Below the pieces are notes generated by a model that did no database searches, was not told the DNA's origin, and was given only the letters and a program-made list of their open reading frames with translations. DNA of 64,000 bases, from contig CAMNKK010000004.1 of NCBI GenBank assembly GCA_946542235.1, positions 3,315 to 67,314 of the forward strand, written 5' to 3'. This document shows, one piece after another, positions 30,460 to 39,443 of the stretch. The translations under genes were made by a program, and so were the position numbers. Within the stretch, counting starts at the first letter, position 1, and each line of letters begins with the position of its first letter. This DNA is from an uncultured Clostridia bacterium (lineage in GTDB: Bacteria > Bacillota > Clostridia > Christensenellales > Aristaeellaceae).

Positions 30460-31635
30460 TCAGACCGGAAAGACCTGATAGATCCCGCATTTCAGATACT
30501 GCGTCTCCGGAGCGAAAGGCAGGATGGGATGATCTTTTCCCTGCGTTCTGAATTCCACCTGACGAAGCAGAACCCGGGCGTCCGAGGCCGCATCACGGAC
30601 AATATCCTGAAAAACATCCGGCAGGATATGCTGGCTGCAGGAGCAGGTAATCAGAAATCCGCCGGGCTCAAGCATTTTCATGGCCCTGAGGTTGATCTCC
30701 TTGTATCCGCGGCGGGCACTGTCCACTGTGGAGCGGGATTTTGTAAACGCCGGAGGATCCAGGATAATCACATCATATTTTTTCCCTTCGCGGCTTTCCT
30801 CCGCCAGCAGATCAAAAGCGTTGGCGGCGATAAACCGGACACGGTTTTCCAACCGGTTCAGCCGGGCATTTTCCTCCGCGAATGCGCAGGCAAATTCGCT
30901 GATATCCACTCCGGTTACTTCACTGGCTCCATAGTATCCCGCATGCAGGGCAAATGACCCGGTATGCGTAAAGCAGTCCAGAACTCTCTTTCCGCGGACG
31001 AAGGGAGCAATAGCTGCCCGGTTTTCCTTCTGATCCAGGAAGAAGCCCGTTTTCTGCCCTTCCTTCACATCCACCCAGAAATGGATTCCGTTTTCCGTCA
31101 TCTGAACCCGGTCAGGAACGTTGCCATAAAGAAGCCCGGTCTGCATTTCAAGGCCTTCCAGACGCCGTACAGGAACATCATTCCGTTCCCAGATCCCGGC
31201 TGGATGAAGTTCGCTGACCAAGGCGTCAACCACATCCTGCTTGAATCGTTCCATTCCCAGTGCAAGGCATTGGAGAACCAGGACATCCCCAAAGGAATCC
31301 ACGATAAGCGCAGGAAGCCTGTCGCTTTCCGCAAAGATCATGCGGCAGGAATGCAGATCTGCAAAGGTGCGGCGATAGGATATTGCTTCGCGGACTCTTC
31401 CGGCTATAAAATCCCGATCAATCGGTTCGTCCCTGTAGGTCAGAATCCGAAGCGCAATCTGACTCGCCGGGTTATAGAACCCCCTGGCGAGAAATTTCCC
31501 TTTGGAAGAACAAATATCCAGAACATCTCCCGGAATAATATCTCCTTCCACGCGGGCAATATCACTCCGAAAAATCCAGGGATGCCTTGAAAAGACCCGT
31601 TTTTCTTTTCCTGGAATCAGAACAGCTTTTTTCAT
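30460..31635 (-). CDS. RlmI/YwbD-like class I SAM-dependent rRNA m5C methyltransferase
   Basis: PUA domain HPWIF, GQKTGFFLDQ, ILDPPAF, CSCS, YLK. Confidence 0.92.
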   Translation of the reverse strand: MKKAVLIPGKEKRVFSRHPWIFRSDIARVEGDIIPGDVLDICSSKGKFLARGFYNPASQIALRILTYRDEPIDRDFIAGRVREAISYRRTFADLHSCRMIFAESDRLPALIVDSFGDVLVLQCLALGMERFKQDVVDALVSELHPAGIWERNDVPVRRLEGLEMQTGLLYGNVPDRVQMTENGIHFWVDVKEGQKTGFFLDQKENRAAIAPFVRGKRVLDCFTHTGSFALHAGYYGASEVTGVDISEFACAFAEENARLNRLENRVRFIAANAFDLLAEESREGKKYDVIILDPPAFTKSRSTVDSARRGYKEINLRAMKMLEPGGFLITCSCSQHILPDVFQDIVRDAASDARVLLRQVEFRTQGKDHPILPFAPETQYLKCGIYQVFPV

Positions 31636-32156
31636 GGAACCAACTCCCCTTCTCCGCTGCATTCGTTCAGATCTTTCCGGTAAACCAGACGGTCGTCCGG
31701 TCGGCCGTCCGTCAGCCGAAACGCGCCCGGAACCGTTTCAATCAAGGTAAATCCAAGCTTTTCAAATACTCTGATCATCCGCTTGTTCCGGCTGGCCGTA
31801 TCGCCAAGGATGGTTTTCATCCCATAGCAGGTTCGTGCAAGATTCATCCCCATCCGGATGGCCTGGGTCCCGATGCCGCGGTTTTTGCAGCTGTCGTCCC
31901 GAAGGATGATTCCGAATTCGCAGCTTTTATTCTTCTCATCCATCCTTTTCAGCTGGAGGCATCCCACCGGTTCCTCTCCCTCAAAAATACCGTAGTGGGC
32001 GTACTGCTTCCGAACCTGGTAGTTATACACATAGGATCTCTCCACCGCTTCCCGGTTATACACAAAAGGAAACGGTTCCATGATCGGATCCGATACATAT
32101 TTTTGAAAGAAGCAATGATATTCCGGCTCGGTGAGTGGTCTGAGCTGAATGACCAA
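31632..32156 (-). CDS. GNAT family N-acetyltransferase (RimJ/L-like)
   Basis: IQLRPL, CEFGI, NRGIGT, NKRMIRVFEKLGF; TTG start at 32156 inferred from RBS. Confidence 0.8.
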   Translation of the reverse strand: MVIQLRPLTEPEYHCFFQKYVSDPIMEPFPFVYNREAVERSYVYNYQVRKQYAHYGIFEGEEPVGCLQLKRMDEKNKSCEFGIILRDDSCKNRGIGTQAIRMGMNLARTCYGMKTILGDTASRNKRMIRVFEKLGFTLIETVPGAFRLTDGRPDDRLVYRKDLNECSGEGELVP

Positions 32157-32160
32157 AGGC

Positions 32161-32190
32161 TTGACCTTCCTTTCTGGTGGGATGTATAAT
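32161..32190 (+). promoter_or_regulatory. promoter of the small Cys-rich protein gene
   Basis: TTGACC-18 nt-TATAAT. Confidence 0.55.
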
Positions 32191-32220
32191 AACTCCAGTT
32201 GAGTCAAGGAGGAATGAAGG

Positions 32221-32412
32221 ATGGCCCTGCACAGGATGTGCGTTCTGTATGACCGGGAATGCATCGGCTGCGGCGAATGCGACCGCTGCGACCTGGATCC
32301 GGACAAAATCTGCGATAACTGTATGAAATGTGTTCGCGGTGATGAAGAGTACCGTGCGATCCGAATAGATCATATACAGATTCAGGAGCATGAAACATCG
32401 GAGATAAACTGA
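32221..32412 (+). CDS. small cysteine-rich protein (63 aa, 8 Cys)
   Basis: AAGGAGG RBS, own promoter and terminator; C-x6-CxxCxxCxxC-x7-CxxCxxC. Confidence 0.8.
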   Translation: MALHRMCVLYDRECIGCGECDRCDLDPDKICDNCMKCVRGDEEYRAIRIDHIQIQEHETSEIN

Positions 32413-32419
32413 AATCCGG

Positions 32420-32449
32420 AAAGGGGCTGCAGGTGCAGGCTCCTTTTTT
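32420..32449 (+). terminator. terminator between the small Cys protein gene and era
   Basis: AAAGGGGC...GCTCCTTT stem with T tail. Confidence 0.6.
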
Positions 32450-32451
32450 GA

Positions 32452-33348
32452 TTATTTTGCTTCATAGCCCAAGGTCTTCAGGTCAGAAAGATTGTTACGC
32501 CAGTCAGGACGGATTTTTACCCATAGATTCAGATTGATATGGGTTGCCAGAAGCTTTTCGATGTCTGCCCTTGCTTCCGTACCGATTATTCTGAGCATGC
32601 TTCCGCGGCTCCCGATAATAATCCGTTTGTGTGATTCCTTTTCACAGTATATCGTAGCGTGAATTTCCGTCAGCCTTTCACTGATTTTTTCAATCTTCAT
32701 CATTTCCACGCCGATTCCGTGAGGGATTTCGTCCCGCAGATGCCTGAGCGCCTTTTCCCGGATGAGTTCCGCGCAGAGCTGACGCTCCGGCTGGTCGGTC
32801 ATCATATCTTCCGGAAAATATCTTGGGCCTTCCGGCAGATAGGATTTCAGGCAAGCGCTCAGTTCAGGAAGCCCGCTGCCGGTCACGGCGCTGACAGGAA
32901 TAATCTCATCAAAGCCTTTTTCAGAAAACAGAGCTGTCACACTCAGAATCTCTTCAGGCTTCACAAGATCAATCTTATTGATGGCCAGAATCCGAGGCGT
33001 TTTCCTGTCTGTAAGGGAATCCGCAATTTCGAAATCCTTTTCCCGGACGGAGGTAACGTCTGTTACCATCAGGATGCAGTCCATTCCATCCATTGCGTCC
33101 CGAACGGAATGCATCATGTAATCTCCCAGTCTGGTTCTGGGATCATGAATCCCTGGGGTGTCCAGAAAAACAAACTGATGATCCGCTCCGGTAACAACCC
33201 CCATAATCCGGTTCCGGGTGGTCTGAGACCGGTTGGAAACGATAGCAACTTTTTCACCGATCATGGCGTTCATAATGGAGGATTTTCCAACATTGGGCCG
33301 TCCGATAATGGGAATAAATCCGGAGTAAAACTTTTCTTTTTCTGACAT
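32452..33348 (-). CDS. era: GTPase Era
   Basis: GRPNVGKS, QTTR, DTPG, NKID, KH domain EIPH..IIIG. Confidence 0.98.
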   Translation of the reverse strand: MSEKEKFYSGFIPIIGRPNVGKSSIMNAMIGEKVAIVSNRSQTTRNRIMGVVTGADHQFVFLDTPGIHDPRTRLGDYMMHSVRDAMDGMDCILMVTDVTSVREKDFEIADSLTDRKTPRILAINKIDLVKPEEILSVTALFSEKGFDEIIPVSAVTGSGLPELSACLKSYLPEGPRYFPEDMMTDQPERQLCAELIREKALRHLRDEIPHGIGVEMMKIEKISERLTEIHATIYCEKESHKRIIIGSRGSMLRIIGTEARADIEKLLATHINLNLWVKIRPDWRNNLSDLKTLGYEAK

Positions 33349-33357
33349 GAAACCGAA

Positions 33358-34248
33358 TTATCCTTTCAGTTCAAATTGATGCGGCAGAATTTTCTGCAGC
33401 GTAGATTCTTCCACATGGGCGCCTTCTCCCCAAGTCACAAGCACACGAATATCAGGTGAAAATTCGCTCATGAACTGGCGGCATATCCCGCAGGGCCAAC
33501 CCGGTGTATCCCCGGTGGCAATGGCAATCACATCAAACTCCCGGGCGCCCTCACTGACAGCTTTTACCATGGCTGTCCTTTCCGCGCAGATAGTTGCTCC
33601 CAGAGAAGCGTTTTCGATATTGCATCCGGTAAAGATTCTTCCGTCCTTTGCATGCAGGGCTGCGCCAACCGGATACCGGGAATAGGGTGAATAGCTGCGC
33701 TTCATGGCCTCCCGGGCCAGCATGAGCATTGTCTCATCCGAAACAGCAGGCGAATCGTCCCGTGAAATTCCTATCGCGGAAAGTACCGCTTCTTCCTGAA
33801 CGCGCATCATCTTCTGATCAGCCTCCTTCACGTGGTCATAGCCCATCAGATGACAAAGGGAATGGACCAGCAGATAGGCGCTTTCCCTCGCCTCCGAATG
33901 GCCGTATTCTGCCGCTTGTGCTTTTACATGATCCAGGGATATAACAATATCCCCCAGAAAGCAGGCGTCCATCATCTCGTCATATTCCTGTTTCAGACGG
34001 GATGGCTGCTTTCCGGCTGTCACTCCCTCGGGCCAGGCCACACTGGGAAATGAAAGCACATCCGTCGCGCTGTCCATCCCACGGAATTCCCTGTTCAGCA
34101 GGCGTATCGCTTTATCATCGCAAATTCTCACAGAAGCACAGCACGGAAACGGGATGCCTTCTGTCAGCAATGTCTGATCTGCCGCTGTCTGCATCAGGGA
34201 CAGCAGACCCGAATTTACGGGGAAATCAAGATTCCATTCAAGTTTCAT
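33358..34248 (-). CDS. ybeY-cdd: fusion of rRNA maturation endoribonuclease YbeY and cytidine deaminase
   Basis: TDVLSF, LGDIVIS, HSLCHLMGYDH, then SYSPYS, GCNIEN, CAER, PCGICRQ in one ORF. Confidence 0.92.
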   Translation of the reverse strand: MKLEWNLDFPVNSGLLSLMQTAADQTLLTEGIPFPCCASVRICDDKAIRLLNREFRGMDSATDVLSFPSVAWPEGVTAGKQPSRLKQEYDEMMDACFLGDIVISLDHVKAQAAEYGHSEARESAYLLVHSLCHLMGYDHVKEADQKMMRVQEEAVLSAIGISRDDSPAVSDETMLMLAREAMKRSYSPYSRYPVGAALHAKDGRIFTGCNIENASLGATICAERTAMVKAVSEGAREFDVIAIATGDTPGWPCGICRQFMSEFSPDIRVLVTWGEGAHVEESTLQKILPHQFELKG

Positions 34249-36554
34249 ACGGAACCTTCCTTATCGGATGACTCTGTCTGCGGGTGTTCGCTCCCCGAAT
34301 CATGATGCTCGGGGATCTGGCCATCCTGAAGCGATTTATTGTTTTCTTCAGCACTGGGCTGCTTTTCAGTTTCCATGGCATCCTTCTGTTTTTCCGGCAC
34401 AGCCTGCGCGGTTAAATGAGAAGGAACCCGGTGGCGCACCTCCGGATATTCAATACGCTCATGGAAAACGCCCTGCAGTACGCCGGTAAACGCGCTGCAG
34501 ATTTCATCGATGTCCCGAAGCGTAATCGGAGAATCGCTGAGCTGTCCATCCTCCAGCTTTCCGCGCACCAGCCTTTCAATAAACTGATTGATGGCTTTGG
34601 GCGTGGGATCCTGCATGGAACGAACTGCCGCTTCAATCGTATCCGCCAGCATGACAATGGCCGCTTCCTTCGAATTCGGTCTCGGCCCTTCATAGCGGAA
34701 TTCCTTCAGATCCACCGGGGAGCCGTCAGACATCTGGAGCGCCTTGTGATAAAAGAACATGACAGGCGTGTCCCCATGATGCTGCAGGATAATGTCTGCC
34801 ACCTCCTGCGGCATTCTCTCCCGCATGGCCATCTGATATCCATCCTTGGTATGACTGGTCAGAATGGCAGCGGATACATAGGGATCCAGACTGTCGTGCA
34901 GATTCACTCCAAGCTGGTTCTCCTTGAAATACTGAGGGCGCTTCAGCTTACCTATATCATGATAATAGCCGGCAGCTCTGGCAAGATAAGGGTTTGCTCC
35001 GATTCTTTCCGCCGCAGCTTCTGCCAGATTGGCAACAATCAGCGAGTGATGATAGGTTCCGGAGGCTTCAATCTGAAGACGCCGCAAAAGCGGCTGGTTT
35101 GGATTGCACAGTTCCTGCAGCTTGCTGGAGGTTGGCAGGCGAAAGATGGATTCAAATACCGGCTGCAGGCTGACGGCCAGAACACCGCTCAGCAGGCCTC
35201 CTCCCATCGCCCACAGTGCGGTGGAGATCAGATTCTGCGTTTCCGTGGAAGTCATCCATCGGATAGCAAGAATTGAGAGGAAATTAATGGAAGATGAAAT
35301 CAAGCCGGCGATAAGAACCCGAAGGCGCTGGGGATGGGCCTTCATAAACCGTACTGCGCAGATTCCTCCCAGAAGGCTCATGATCAGAAGGAGAATCATT
35401 TCGTAGAGATAGGTGGAATTGTTTCCCGCAGCAATGCCTGAAATCAGAATTGCCATGGGGGCGGTGCTTGCAAAGCCTGCTTTTGAGCCAAGAAGAACGC
35501 ACAGAAGCAGCGAAGAGAAAACCATAGGGACAAAGTAAGGACTGAAATAAAGATGGAACAGCACGGAAACTGCAAGCCCGAGAATGGAAACAATCATAAC
35601 GACGAGCAGCTTTCGGGAATCAAACAGGACTTCCTTACAGACCAGACGAAGGGACACCACATAGCAGACCATGGCCATAAACACCAGGATGGCTGCCCCC
35701 TGATAGCTGGAAAAATCATAATTGTTATCCTTGAGCAAGCCAAGGGATTTCAGCATTTCCATCTGGCTTCGGGTGATCCTGTCCCCAGAGCGGATGATAT
35801 TCTGCCCCTGCAGATAAATGACAGGTTCCACTGCATCCTTGGCCGCCTGCCTTGCAATCTCCGTCGTCTCCTGCTCAATGACCATGTTCGGCTTCAGGCA
35901 GGCCCGGAGAATCGTAGGAATAATATTCTGTGTAAGAGAAACGTCCAGCTTGTAGCCTACAATCTGCAGTATGGTCTGAATGGACTGATTGAGCTGTCCT
36001 TCCCGAATGGTTGTATTCAGGGAATTCTCGACCGCTACCGTTACAGTGGAAACCATGTCCTCAAAGGCCTCAGTCCTTGTCCGGAGCAATGTACTGATTT
36101 GATATCTGCTGAGGCTGATCAGGGTGACAAGGCCCTGTGCATATTCAATTTCCGCATCAGAAAAAGTTGTTTTGGGTTTACTGCCTTCTTCCCGCAGTGT
36201 CTGCGAATACTGCTGAACTGTTCTCAGCTCGCTGAAAACGGCGCTCAGGGATGTCAGAACCTCCTCTTTTACACCTTCCTGAAAGCGGTAAGTCGGTTCT
36301 ACCGCATTTGCAGCAGCCTGCCGTTTTTCTTCGGTCGTCACCTCATCCACCACATCCTTGGTGGCGTTGATCGTATCCCTGGAGATGGAGCCCACTGACA
36401 GATCATATCGTTTCGGAGCGCACACCAGACAGTAAAGGCCGAAGATGATCACATAGGCGCAGAAAATGATCAGGGTATTTTTTGCGTGCGCTGAGCCGAA
36501 CCATTTCAAAAAGCCCTGCGCCCTGAGAACTACTCTGTTTTTTTTCTTCTGCAA
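34245..36554 (-). CDS. pgpH: 7TM-HD phosphohydrolase (PgpH-like c-di-AMP phosphodiesterase)
   Basis: extracellular domain + 7TM + GTYHHS, YYHDIGK, QHHGD, LADT; conserved position after phoH. Confidence 0.88.
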   Translation of the reverse strand: MQKKKNRVVLRAQGFLKWFGSAHAKNTLIIFCAYVIIFGLYCLVCAPKRYDLSVGSISRDTINATKDVVDEVTTEEKRQAAANAVEPTYRFQEGVKEEVLTSLSAVFSELRTVQQYSQTLREEGSKPKTTFSDAEIEYAQGLVTLISLSRYQISTLLRTRTEAFEDMVSTVTVAVENSLNTTIREGQLNQSIQTILQIVGYKLDVSLTQNIIPTILRACLKPNMVIEQETTEIARQAAKDAVEPVIYLQGQNIIRSGDRITRSQMEMLKSLGLLKDNNYDFSSYQGAAILVFMAMVCYVVSLRLVCKEVLFDSRKLLVVMIVSILGLAVSVLFHLYFSPYFVPMVFSSLLLCVLLGSKAGFASTAPMAILISGIAAGNNSTYLYEMILLLIMSLLGGICAVRFMKAHPQRLRVLIAGLISSSINFLSILAIRWMTSTETQNLISTALWAMGGGLLSGVLAVSLQPVFESIFRLPTSSKLQELCNPNQPLLRRLQIEASGTYHHSLIVANLAEAAAERIGANPYLARAAGYYHDIGKLKRPQYFKENQLGVNLHDSLDPYVSAAILTSHTKDGYQMAMRERMPQEVADIILQHHGDTPVMFFYHKALQMSDGSPVDLKEFRYEGPRPNSKEAAIVMLADTIEAAVRSMQDPTPKAINQFIERLVRGKLEDGQLSDSPITLRDIDEICSAFTGVLQGVFHERIEYPEVRHRVPSHLTAQAVPEKQKDAMETEKQPSAEENNKSLQDGQIPEHHDSGSEHPQTESSDKEGSV

Positions 36555-36610
36555 TGATCTTCCCTCCCTTCTTTACAAAAAGCAAAAAGAAGCATCCGGA
36601 TGCGGTTTCC

Positions 36611-37618
36611 TCAGGATCTGATCCGGACAGGAGGAACCAATACCCGCTTTTTTTTCTCCTGCTCCCGGTTTTCATAGGCCTGAATAATCCGCATGACCAA
36701 TTCATGGCGTACGATATCCAGCGTCGTCAGCTTTACAATACCGATGGAATCGATCCCTTCCAGAATGCTGATCGCCTCTGCGAGCCCGGACGTGACGCCG
36801 CTGGGAAGATCTGTCTGGGTAATATCCCCGGTCACAACCATCCGGGATCGGAACCCCATCCTGGTCAGAAACATTTTCATCTGTTCGGAAGTGGTATTCT
36901 GTGCTTCATCGAGGATAATGAATGCATCGGAAAGGGTTCTTCCTCGCATGTACGCCAGCGGGGCAATTTCCACAATGCCTCTCTCAATGAGTCTTGGATA
37001 TGCGTCCGGTCCCATAAAATCATATAGGGCGTCAAACAGCGGCCGAAGATACGGATCCACCTTCTGGGTCAGATCTCCCGGCAGAAACCCCAGTTTTTCT
37101 CCTGCTTCCACTGCCGGCCGGGTCAGAATGATTCTTTCCACTTCCTTGTTTTTCAGTGCGACAACGGCAAGAGCCATCGCCAGATAGGTCTTGCCCGTAC
37201 CGGCTGGTCCAATGGCAAATGTCAGATCATGCTGGCGGATTGTGTCGACATAGTGCTTCTGGCCAACTGTTTTGCAGCGGATCTGCTTACCCCTGTGGGT
37301 AACAGCCACAACAGAATCCAGTTCACTTTCAATCAGATTTGACTGTCCTTCCCGGATCATGGAAATAACGTACCGGATTCGCTGCCGATCCACCGCTTCA
37401 TTCCGGTCAATCAGATCCAGCAGAATCCGGATTGTTTCCTCTGCGCAGGCAATATCATCTTCATTTTCTCCGGAGACTACCAGAGCATTCCCCTGAAGAG
37501 AAACAGCGACGCGGCATTCCTGCTCTACCAGCGTAATGTTCTGATCATTCATCCCGAACAGGGAGAGATAGGCGTCCATGGACTGTGTCGATAAATCCAT
37601 CCTGTGGTTCAGCGGCAA
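36611..37618 (-). CDS. phoH: PhoH family ATPase
   Basis: GPAGTGKT, RPAVEAGE, LAYMRGRT, LDEAQN, GDITQ; TTG start at 37618 inferred (ATG 37600 is the alternative). Confidence 0.95.
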   Translation of the reverse strand: MPLNHRMDLSTQSMDAYLSLFGMNDQNITLVEQECRVAVSLQGNALVVSGENEDDIACAEETIRILLDLIDRNEAVDRQRIRYVISMIREGQSNLIESELDSVVAVTHRGKQIRCKTVGQKHYVDTIRQHDLTFAIGPAGTGKTYLAMALAVVALKNKEVERIILTRPAVEAGEKLGFLPGDLTQKVDPYLRPLFDALYDFMGPDAYPRLIERGIVEIAPLAYMRGRTLSDAFIILDEAQNTTSEQMKMFLTRMGFRSRMVVTGDITQTDLPSGVTSGLAEAISILEGIDSIGIVKLTTLDIVRHELVMRIIQAYENREQEKKKRVLVPPVRIRS

Positions 37619-37699
37619 TTCTGTCCTTCCCTTCTGAATGAAATCCTGAAAGTGCTTCTTTACTATCATAATCAATTTCGTTTTTTTGTCAATAAATCG

Positions 37700-37728
37700 T
37701 TGACGAATCAGTAAAACTGTGCTATCAT
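37700..37728 (+). promoter_or_regulatory. sigma-A promoter of the Leu T-box operon
   Basis: TTGACG-17 nt-TATCAT with extended TG. Confidence 0.75.
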
Positions 37729-37744
37729 GCCACCAATTTCATAT

Positions 37745-38014
37745 GAACGACGATGATGGAAGGAATTTCTTCCGGAAGGTTTCAGAGAGCCGGTTGTTGC
37801 TGCGAGCCGGTACCGGAACGAAGAATGACTGCTTCCTGAGTTTGCCCTTTGAACGCCATACCGGCTGGTAAGGGGGCACGGATGCCCCGTGACAGGCTGA
37901 GAGCTTGATAGAGCTCAAAAGACGGCCTTTTTCCGTAAATGGAAAAGGGCAAACTGGGTGGTACCGCGGAATTCGTTTTCGTCCCTGAAGCATATCTGCT
38001 TCAGGGTTTATTTT
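37745..38014 (+). ncRNA. T-box riboswitch, probable Leu (CUG) specifier
   Basis: GA motif, AGAGA bulge, GCTGCGA distal loop, specifier CTG 37829-37831, T-box GGGTGGTACCGCG, terminator CCCTGAAGCA/TGCTTCAGGG + T run. Confidence 0.92.
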
Positions 38015-38033
38015 GTTACAGGGGGTTGAAAAA

Positions 38034-39443
38034 ATGGACCGGATTTATATTTCTGACAGAACATTAAAGCAGGCGGGCAGGCAGATGCCCCTCAGCTTTC
38101 GGGAAAAAATTGAGCTTAGCAGGATTATTGACCGGTTGGAAGTGGATTCAATAGAGCTTCCGGCTATCGAGAATCAGAAGGTGGATTCTCTTTTAATCAA
38201 GTCCGTATCCTCCGCGGTTAAGCGGGCGGAGATTGCAGTTCCCGTTCTTCTGAATGCCGAGAGCGTTGCCAGAACCTGGAGCGCCTTGCAGGAGGCGCGC
38301 TCCGCGCGGCTGCAGGTATGCGCTCCGGCCAGTTCCGTACAGATGGAATATATTTTTCATCTGAAGCCTGCCGCACTGCTCTCCCGCGTTGCAGAGACCA
38401 TTCAGGAATGCCGGAAATATACGGACAGGGTTGAGTATATTGCGGAGGACGCATTCCGCGGGGACAGGGCTTTTCTGATCTCGCTCGTCCAGGCTGCCAT
38501 TGATGCCGGAGCTTCCCAGATCACCTTTCAGGAATCGGCCGGTACTTCCCTTCCCGAGGAAATGCGCCGGGAGCTGGAAGAAATTATGAAAAGTATACGA
38601 AGCGAGGGACGGGTTCGGTTCGGAATCGACTGTTCGGACGATTTATGCCTTGCAGATGCCTGTGCGGTCGAATCTCTGCGCTGCGGTGTTCGGGAGATCA
38701 AGGCTGCATCGTTCCCCCTGGGCTGTGCGAGCCTGGCCAACATCGTCAGAATTCTTTCGCTGAAGGGAGAAAAAATGGGGGTCTCCTGCGGGGTTCGGAG
38801 GGAAGAAATTCATCGGGTGACCTCTCAGATCGGGATGCTGTGCCGAACCAATATGCCGTCCCAGAGCGTTCTTTCCGGTCTGCAGGATTCCGGAGACGAA
38901 GCGGAGCTGAGCTTCCATGACAGTCGGGAGAGTATTCTTCGTTCCGTGGAGCAGCTGGGATATATTCTCAGCCCGGAAGATCAGGATAAAGTGTATCAGG
39001 CGTTCATCCAGATCGCAGAAAAAAAAGGCAGTATATCCCTGCGTGAAATGGACGCACTGGTCGCCGCGGAAGCCATGCAGGTGCCGCCTTCCTATCAGGT
39101 AGTTCGTTTTGTCATTAATTCAGGCAATGAAATCGGTGCCATGGCGCATATGAAGCTGTCATTCCACGGACAAACACTGGAAGGCATTTCCGTGGGAGAC
39201 GGTGTCATCGATGCTGCCTTTCTGGCCCTCGAAAAGGCTGTCGGCAGACACTTCGAACTGGATGATTTCCAGATTCAGGCAATCACGGAGGGTCGGGAAG
39301 CAATGGGTGAAACGATTGTACGCCTTCGCTCCCAGGGAAAGCTGTATTCCGGCAGAGGAATTTCCACTGACATTGTCGGCGCCAGCATTATGGCTTATGT
39401 GAATGCACTGAATAAAATAGTCTATGAGGAGGAAGCAGAGTGA
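38034..39443 (+). CDS. 2-isopropylmalate synthase (LeuA)-like protein with degenerate catalytic domain and intact regulatory domain
   Basis: DRTLKQAG where DTTLRDGEQ is expected, DCSDD where HxHND is expected; C-terminal GDGVIDAA and GRGISTDIVGAS..AYVNALNK. Confidence 0.88.
   Translation: MDRIYISDRTLKQAGRQMPLSFREKIELSRIIDRLEVDSIELPAIENQKVDSLLIKSVSSAVKRAEIAVPVLLNAESVARTWSALQEARSARLQVCAPASSVQMEYIFHLKPAALLSRVAETIQECRKYTDRVEYIAEDAFRGDRAFLISLVQAAIDAGASQITFQESAGTSLPEEMRRELEEIMKSIRSEGRVRFGIDCSDDLCLADACAVESLRCGVREIKAASFPLGCASLANIVRILSLKGEKMGVSCGVRREEIHRVTSQIGMLCRTNMPSQSVLSGLQDSGDEAELSFHDSRESILRSVEQLGYILSPEDQDKVYQAFIQIAEKKGSISLREMDALVAAEAMQVPPSYQVVRFVINSGNEIGAMAHMKLSFHGQTLEGISVGDGVIDAAFLALEKAVGRHFELDDFQIQAITEGREAMGETIVRLRSQGKLYSGRGISTDIVGASIMAYVNALNKIVYEEEAE

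Noticed and set aside
37739-37993. 84-aa ORF, and the 61-aa ORF at 54384-54569
   Set aside because: Both overlap T-box leaders and are explained by the riboswitch sequence.
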